Shown in pieces: positions 53,711 through 61,400 of a stretch of DNA of 64,000 nt. Every line of letters starts with the position of its first letter. Positions within the stretch are counted from its first letter, which is position 1. Source of the DNA: Tubiluchus corallicola (taxonomy: Eukaryota > Animalia > Priapulida); NCBI GenBank assembly GCA_030141605.1, contig JAQGDQ010000123.1, forward strand, positions 496,001-560,000, read 5' to 3'. The position numbers were made by a program, and so were the translations under genes. Below the pieces are notes generated by a model. The model ran no database searches. It was given only the letters and a program-made list of their open reading frames with translations, and had not been told where the DNA came from.

Positions 53711-55478
53711 GGCGGTTGTGACAGGATCTGGCAAAGGATTCTGTGATAATCAGGAATTATCAAGGATAATCCTTTAGATGAAACAGTGAATTGGCAGAAG
53801 TGTCTCAGCCCGGTTGGGAAGATGAATACACTCCCTGAAGGAGATAAGCAGCCCGAATCAGTGTAGTAAGTGAAACAGTTTAAAGTTCATATAGAATCCA
53901 GTGGTCATCTATATCGCATTCACTGACCAGTGCTAGGTTGCGGAGTTGAGCCTAAAAGCACATCAATGTGGGTTCCTGATTGATGAAAGTCGACCCCAAA
54001 CCTGACTCTTGAGGCCTGACTCCCAGAAGTTCTTAAAATTTTGATTTTTGAGGCATTTTATTAACCAGACTCAAACCATTAGATGATAGATATTATATTA
54101 TGAACCTTAAGTAAAGGTACTGCTTAATATTTATGTTTAAGGCAGGAGTATTTTATTATCAACAGACTGTGGCTTTTCTTTACCTGAAGATCTAATCAGC
54201 AAAACATTAGAACCAATGGAATTTTAAATGCATTGTTTTAAGCTGCAGACCCTGCATTGATCAGCTTCAGTATTGTTTAATTTTACTTATCTAAGCATAT
54301 GCCATTATAATTCGGCTATCACCCTTGCCACAGAGATACTAAAAAGTATTATTATACTGTATTAATAGCATGTAATTATATAAAAATAACTTCCTGAAGT
54401 TTTTCTAGACAATAAAAGAGTAGCTATAAATTGTTGATATTATGATTTATAAATTATTGAACATGTTTTATTTGTTTTGACTTAAAGATTTGAAAGACAT
54501 GGGGAAGCATTTTGCAATTTTTTAACTCATTATCATTGAATATTAGAGCTACATTTATAGCCGAATGACTGTTATAAGTCTGTTGCTACTAAGCTTTAAT
54601 TATCTGACTTTTTTGGTGAAACAGTTGTCTTAGCTATCAAAACTGACTAATTTGTTGCTAAAATAGAACATGTGACAGCAATTTTTGCAAAAAGTTAAAA
54701 GTCAAATGAAAACTAACATGAGAAAACGAATAATTTTTAAGAACAAGAAACAAAGCCATTAGAAGTGCTATTTAGTACACCGCTGTGCGCTATCTTCCGA
54801 TATGATTTATTGAAGACATTTTATTTTGTTTTCCAAACTCTTAGCATCGACTAAGCACGGCATCGAATTGCACCAAGGAAATTCTGTCCTTTTGTCCGTT
54901 ATGCTACAGATTTTGTTATGTTACTTTTGTTTTCTATATTATTGTGTTATGGTTTTGAAGTAGTTTTGCAAGGTTGTCTCTCATACCAGTTCAGTTCTTT
55001 GGTGTCTTGATCATCTTAGGCGTGTATTTTTTGTTGCCTCAGATGTGAGATATCAAAAGCCGACAATATACCTTTAGTCTGTTCCCGCAAAATTCAGTTA
55101 CTTTTTTAGTCACTTTTCGATTTATACATGCCCATTAAAAAATTTTACGAAACGAAATTGTGTAAATACATGGCAACAATTTCAAAATAGAAAGCATGAA
55201 TTTTTTTTACTCGAGAGAGGTACTCTGACTTTTCAGACTCAGAAATAAACACTTGTACTTCAATTACTTGTGTTGGATAAGTAATCCATGTTGTTTATGT
55301 TGGGAATTAGGGTTATGATTCTATTTAATTTTACTGTAGCATTATTCTTCGAGAAAAATCATTATTTAATGTTTTTAATCTCGAATTTTATATTAGTTAA
55401 AGTTAACGTTTTATTCACAGGTGAACAATTTGATGCTAGGAAAGCAAGTGAATAGTCTGCACAATCCCTTGTTCAATC

Positions 55479-58400
55479 ATGAATGCTTATGAAATGAACG
55501 AAGAGCTGCAAGCTGCCATTGAACAGTTAGAACTTGAGCAAATCGATCTGTGTGGAGAGCAGGCTGGCGAAAGCTCTATTTCAGAACTGGTTTATACTAA
55601 CAGCATCAAAAATATTACTAGCAGCGTAACAGATGTGGGCTCAGTACAGCAGCAGCAAGCAGGCAGTCAGACTCGTTCAGCTGTGACTCATGCTACGTAT
55701 CAGCAGCAGGCTCTATCCAGAATAAATGAGTTTAATGTCAGCCTTGAGCTTATGAATACAGCCTGCGTTGATAGTAGAGATGGTTTGTGTGCGCTGGGTA
55801 CCGGGACCGCTGTAAAAGATTTTGTCACTTTGGACGAATTCCAAGCTCTGCAGCAGAATCAAATGAAAGAATCATTTTCTGCTAGTGGGTTACTAGAGAG
55901 TTTAAACAATAATGAAATAACTAATGGTACACCAGAGCATTTAGACAATAATGAAAATGTTTTTGACACTCTACAGAGTGAAGGGTACATTGAAACTGCT
56001 ATTGATTCATTAGGGACATTAGAGAATAACGACGTTGCTGTGACTATTGGCAGCAATGCATTAGATATAAATCTACTGCCGTTCAGCCAGCAAGACTCAG
56101 ATCATTCGTTGTCTAGGCAACAACACACTACTTCACAAAAAGTAGAAATCAATAAGCAATATGAATTGGATCTGCCCATAGAAGATGTTACGGAGCAACG
56201 TCTTGCTAGTGATGTTACCAAGCAGATGTGCAGTGATTATGGTATTGATGTGAAATTCAGTGTGGAAAATTTTACAAGTATGCCTGTAAATAATCAGGAT
56301 AATGACTTGAATCGTGATATAGATGATTCTGATTCTGATTCTTCAGATTCAGATTCTAATTCTGACGACTTTGATAATCAGGACAGTATTCAGAATTCAG
56401 TTGCTCCTTTAAATGAAAAAACTTCTGATAGCATAATTAATGGTTCGGTTTTCGAACGCAATGAAGCTAAAGTGATAAGTGGTTTTCCCATTAGTCTAAA
56501 CAGTGATAATGTTGAACAATTACAAGTAGAATGTAAAATCACAAATTCTCCAGTAAATATTGAAGAATGTCAAAAATACACAATAGAAAATTCCTGTAAG
56601 ACGATCTTATTCAAAACTGATGAACAGTGTGAATGTCTCGACTGTGGTGCATCACTGAGTAATCTTCTGAGTTCACAAGAACATCTTGGATTAATGACAG
56701 CCGTTGTGAAGTTGTGTACATGCTTACAGGAAGGTAGAAAATGTTTACATTATGCAAATGAAGTAAGCACCTCTAAGTTACATGTGAGTGAACTATACAG
56801 TTGTCATATGTGTGAAATAACTTTTCACAGACTGTCTGCATTAACAAATCACATGGTTATGAAACATAATGATGAGGACTCAACTGACAATCAAAGTGTT
56901 GCTGCTAATTACATACAACCACCTGCTAGTTTGCAAAAGACCCATAAATGTGGAATTTGTCCAGCTTCATTTTCCAATGTTTTTAATTTGCAAAAGCATG
57001 GTAGAGTTGTTCATAGTGCAATACCAAAACAGTATCGATGTACTAAATGTACTGCTTCTTTTCAAGCCTTGAAGAATTTAACATTACATCTTCGGCTTCA
57101 CGAAAATGAGCAGCAGTCATTTGAGTCTCAGCGAATAGATAAAATAGCGACAAAAACCCCAACAGCAGGAACTGATGAAGCCAGTAAGCCTGATCAAGCT
57201 AGTAAGCCTGACAGTATTGACAAAATACCAGTGAATGGCATTAAGAAGGCTGGGAATACAGATGAGAAATCAATAAAGTGTAGAATGTGCCCGGCTGCAT
57301 TTAAACATACAGCAAGCCTTAAAAGGCACATACAAATCACTCATAACAAGATAAAAATGTATTCATGCAAACTCTGCCCAGCTAGATTTGGAGTTAAATC
57401 AACAGTTAAAAAACATATGAGTGATGTGCATGGGGGTGTGCCTAAAAAGTATAAATGTCAACATTGTACTGCTTCATACAGAGCCCTGAAGAATTTGCAG
57501 CGGCACATGAAACTTCATATTGCTAAATTACAGCCTGTACAGGAAAAAAAGAAAAACCAGTACCTCTGTTTTTTGTGTAGCACAAGATGTTCATCAGCGG
57601 ATGTTCTTAAAGAACATATTAAAACCCACTCTGAGACGAAAGAGCCAACGGCAGATATAACAACTACACCAAGAAAAGCACTTCTGAAGATATTTAAGTG
57701 TAATGTCTGCTCAGTTAGTTTTCACAGTCGACTAGACAGGGATGTGCATTTGCAAACTGCTCATGAGAAGGCAAAATCAACACCTGAGCAACAAAACAGT
57801 AGCTTGGATTCCAGTATATGCAGGGTATGCAAAAACAGTTTTAATTCTAAAGCTCTCTTGGACCAGCACATGAAGCAGTATAAGAAGCTGTATGAGTGTA
57901 ATGCTTGCCCTGCTATGTTCAAAGTATCCACTAACAGAAATAAACACGTGAATAATGTGCATTCTGGTGCATTAAAGGCTTTCCGATGCGATGTTTGTGG
58001 AGGTGGATTTCACAGAGAATATAGCTTGCAAAGCCACATGCTACTGCATAATCAAGCCCACAAAGAGCAATATAAGTGTGATAAGTGTGATTTCAATTGT
58101 AATTCGTCAGAACAGCTGAAGACTCATATCATTTGCAAGCATTCAGTAACTGCACAAAGTCCTGGAATTATCATAATGGACACTCCAACTGTAAGCCTGC
58201 AAAAAATCAAAGTAGAAGATTCACATGCCGAGGCTATTACTATTCAGGAGTCTGCAGACATGGATTTTTGTGAAGATATGGAGCACTGTTGTGACATTTG
58301 TGGAAAGTTTTTCATGAAAGAGTCAGAGTTACTAGTACATGAAAAAGTACACATGGCACTAAAACCTTATAAATGTGGAATTTGTGGTCTAGACTTTTGT

Positions 58401-61400
58401 GACATGAGTACACTTGACATCCACCAAACATCACATACCAACAAGTCATATGAAGCATACACAAAAATGGTTGCCGAGACTTCAAATTCAAGCTGCTATG
58501 TTGACTTCCAAAATATTGGTATGCGAGAACTACACAGCAGTGGTAATGAAAATCTTAGTAATGAGAGAAAAGTGCCATTTGGGAAGAAAAGAGAAAGAGT
58601 TTATGAGTGTGACACGTGCAAGAAAGTCTTCAAAGATGGAGGAACTCTGAAAGTTCATAAGCGCATACACACAAACGAAAGGCCATACATTTGTCACATT
58701 TGTCAAGCAACATTCAGACAACACCACCATCTAGTCAGACATGTAGCAAGCCATAGTGATGATAAACCATTTTCTTGTGATGTGTGCGGAAAAAGATTCA
58801 AATTAAGCGAATACCTCACAACACACAAGGCTGTGCATTCACAGGCTAAGAAATTCAAATGTGGAGTATGCGGCAAAGATTTTCGCCTATACAGCGATTT
58901 GAGAGCTCATCAGAAAGTTCATGCATCAAAAAACGCAAAGACTGATGGTATGTTTGACAATAAGCTTGCTTTTGATAGTCATGATACTAGTCACTCTAGG
59001 CTTAAACCCCACAAATGTCCCGTTTGTAAGAACGGTTTTAAAGTGGTTCGCCACATGAAAATTCATTTGTGGTCACATTCTAAGAACAATATGCACTATT
59101 GTCTCACTTGCGGAAAAAAATTTCAATCTCAAGTTGGCTTAGCTGTCCACAAAAGAATTCACATTGTAAAAAAAGAACTTGAAGAGGTTGTGAATGCAAG
59201 CACTAACTTGACGCAGTACGTGACCAGCACTAGTAAAGGTAAACAGTACCAATGTCCCGTATGTGAAGTGAAATTTGCACAGTCTACCTATCTGAGTGTA
59301 CACTTGCGAGTTCACACAGGCGAGAAGCCATATAAGTGTGAGGTTTGCAATAGTCGTTTTCGACAAAGAGCCCATCTTAAATGTCACATGTTCACTCACA
59401 CAGACCACAAACCTTTTTCTTGCAAAATATGTGCTGCATCTTTTAAGCAACTTTCAGCTTTAAAAAAACATGGTTTAGTACACACTGACTTAAAGCCATA
59501 CAAATGTGATTCTTGTAGTGCAGAATTTGCACAATCAACCGACTTGCTAAATCACATTATGGTACATAACGAAAATAGACCCTATACTTGTCAAACTTGT
59601 TTCGCTACATTTAAAACTGAATCATTCTTCAATAGCCACATTAAAGTACACACCCATCTTAAACCTCACGTTTGTGATGAATGTGGAAAAGACTTTCGAA
59701 TCGCTGCAAATCTAACAGTTCATAAGAGAACTCACTCTAACGAAAAGCCATACCAGTGTCAAATCTGCTCAAAGCGATTTAAACAAACAGGACACTTGAA
59801 AGTTCATTTGTCAATACATGCAGACTCGAAACCATATAAATGTGATTCTTGTGGTGCCAGTTTTAGGCAACCAGGAAACTTAAAGAGTCACCAAACCGTT
59901 CACACAGATGAAAGGCCACATGTATGTGACATTTGCCAATCAGCTTTTAAAACGTTTAGTTATTTGCAAAGCCACAAGCGAATACATACAGATTTGCGTC
60001 CATATAGCTGTACATGTGGAAAAACATTTAAAACACCAGATGGATTGAAAGCGCACGAGAAAACTCACACAGATGAAAAGCCATATGAATGTCGCCATTG
60101 TCATGCACGCTTTAAGCAGCAGCCTCACCTCAAAACTCATCTACTTACACATAGTACTCACAAACCTTATTGCTGTGACACTTGTGATGCACGCTTTAAA
60201 CAGTCATCCCACTTGAAAGTTCACATGGCTGTTCATAGCGATGTGCGACCATTTCCTTGTCATATTTGTGGTGCGGCATTTAAAACATCAACTTCACTCA
60301 GTAGTCATAAGCGCATTCACACGGACCTGAAGCCATATGTATGTGACGTATGCAACAGAGCCTTTAAATTTTCGGAAGGACTAAAATCTCACAAGAAAAC
60401 ACACTCAGCTGACAAACCTTTTTCATGTGACCAGTGTGGAGCATGTTTTAAGTTGGCTGGTTATCTCAAAAGCCATATGCTAGTTCACACTGAAATACGA
60501 CCCTATTGTTGTTCTACATGTGGAGCTACTTTTAAAACAGCCAGTTACCTCCATAACCACAGCAAAATTCACACAGACATTCGACCTCATATTTGCCACA
60601 TTTGTGGAAAAGGTTTTAAAATGTCATCAAACTTGCGAGCTCATGCACGAACTCATTCAAACGAGAAACCATATTCTTGTGACCAATGCTCTGCACAGTT
60701 TAAGCAAATTGCTCATTTAAAGATGCATGTCAGAACTCATTCTGATTTGAAACCCTATAAATGTGATTCCTGCGAATCTCGTTTCCGACAGTCTGCGCAT
60801 TTAAAAGTTCACATGGCTGTTCACACTGAATCACGACCATTTGCTTGTGAAATTTGTGGAGCTGCATTTAAAACACAATCATCATTAAACTCACACAAGA
60901 AAATCCATACAGACATTAAACCTCATTCATGTGATGTATGTGGGAAATCATTCAAATTTGCTGTTGGATTAAAAACTCACAGGCGAATTCATACAAATGA
61001 GAGACCTTTCTCTTGCGATACATGCCATGCTAGTTTTCGACAGGCTGGCAATTTGAAAAGTCATATGGCAGTGCATACAGATGTTCGACCGTACGCATGC
61101 CCAACATGTCAAGCTGCCTTTAAAACATCATACTATCTCCAGAATCACATTAGAATACACACGACTGCTCGTCCATTTCAATGTGATGTCTGTGAAAAAT
61201 CTTTTAAATTTAAGGAGGGATTACAATCTCACAAAAAGACACACACAAATGAACGCCCATTTGAGTGCGATACATGCCATGCACGATTCAAGCAAGCTGC
61301 TTATCTCAGAAGTCACATGCTTGTACATTCAGATGAAAGAAATCATTTTTGTGACATTTGTGGATCAGCTTTTAAAACTGCTGTTTATCTTGCCAATCAT

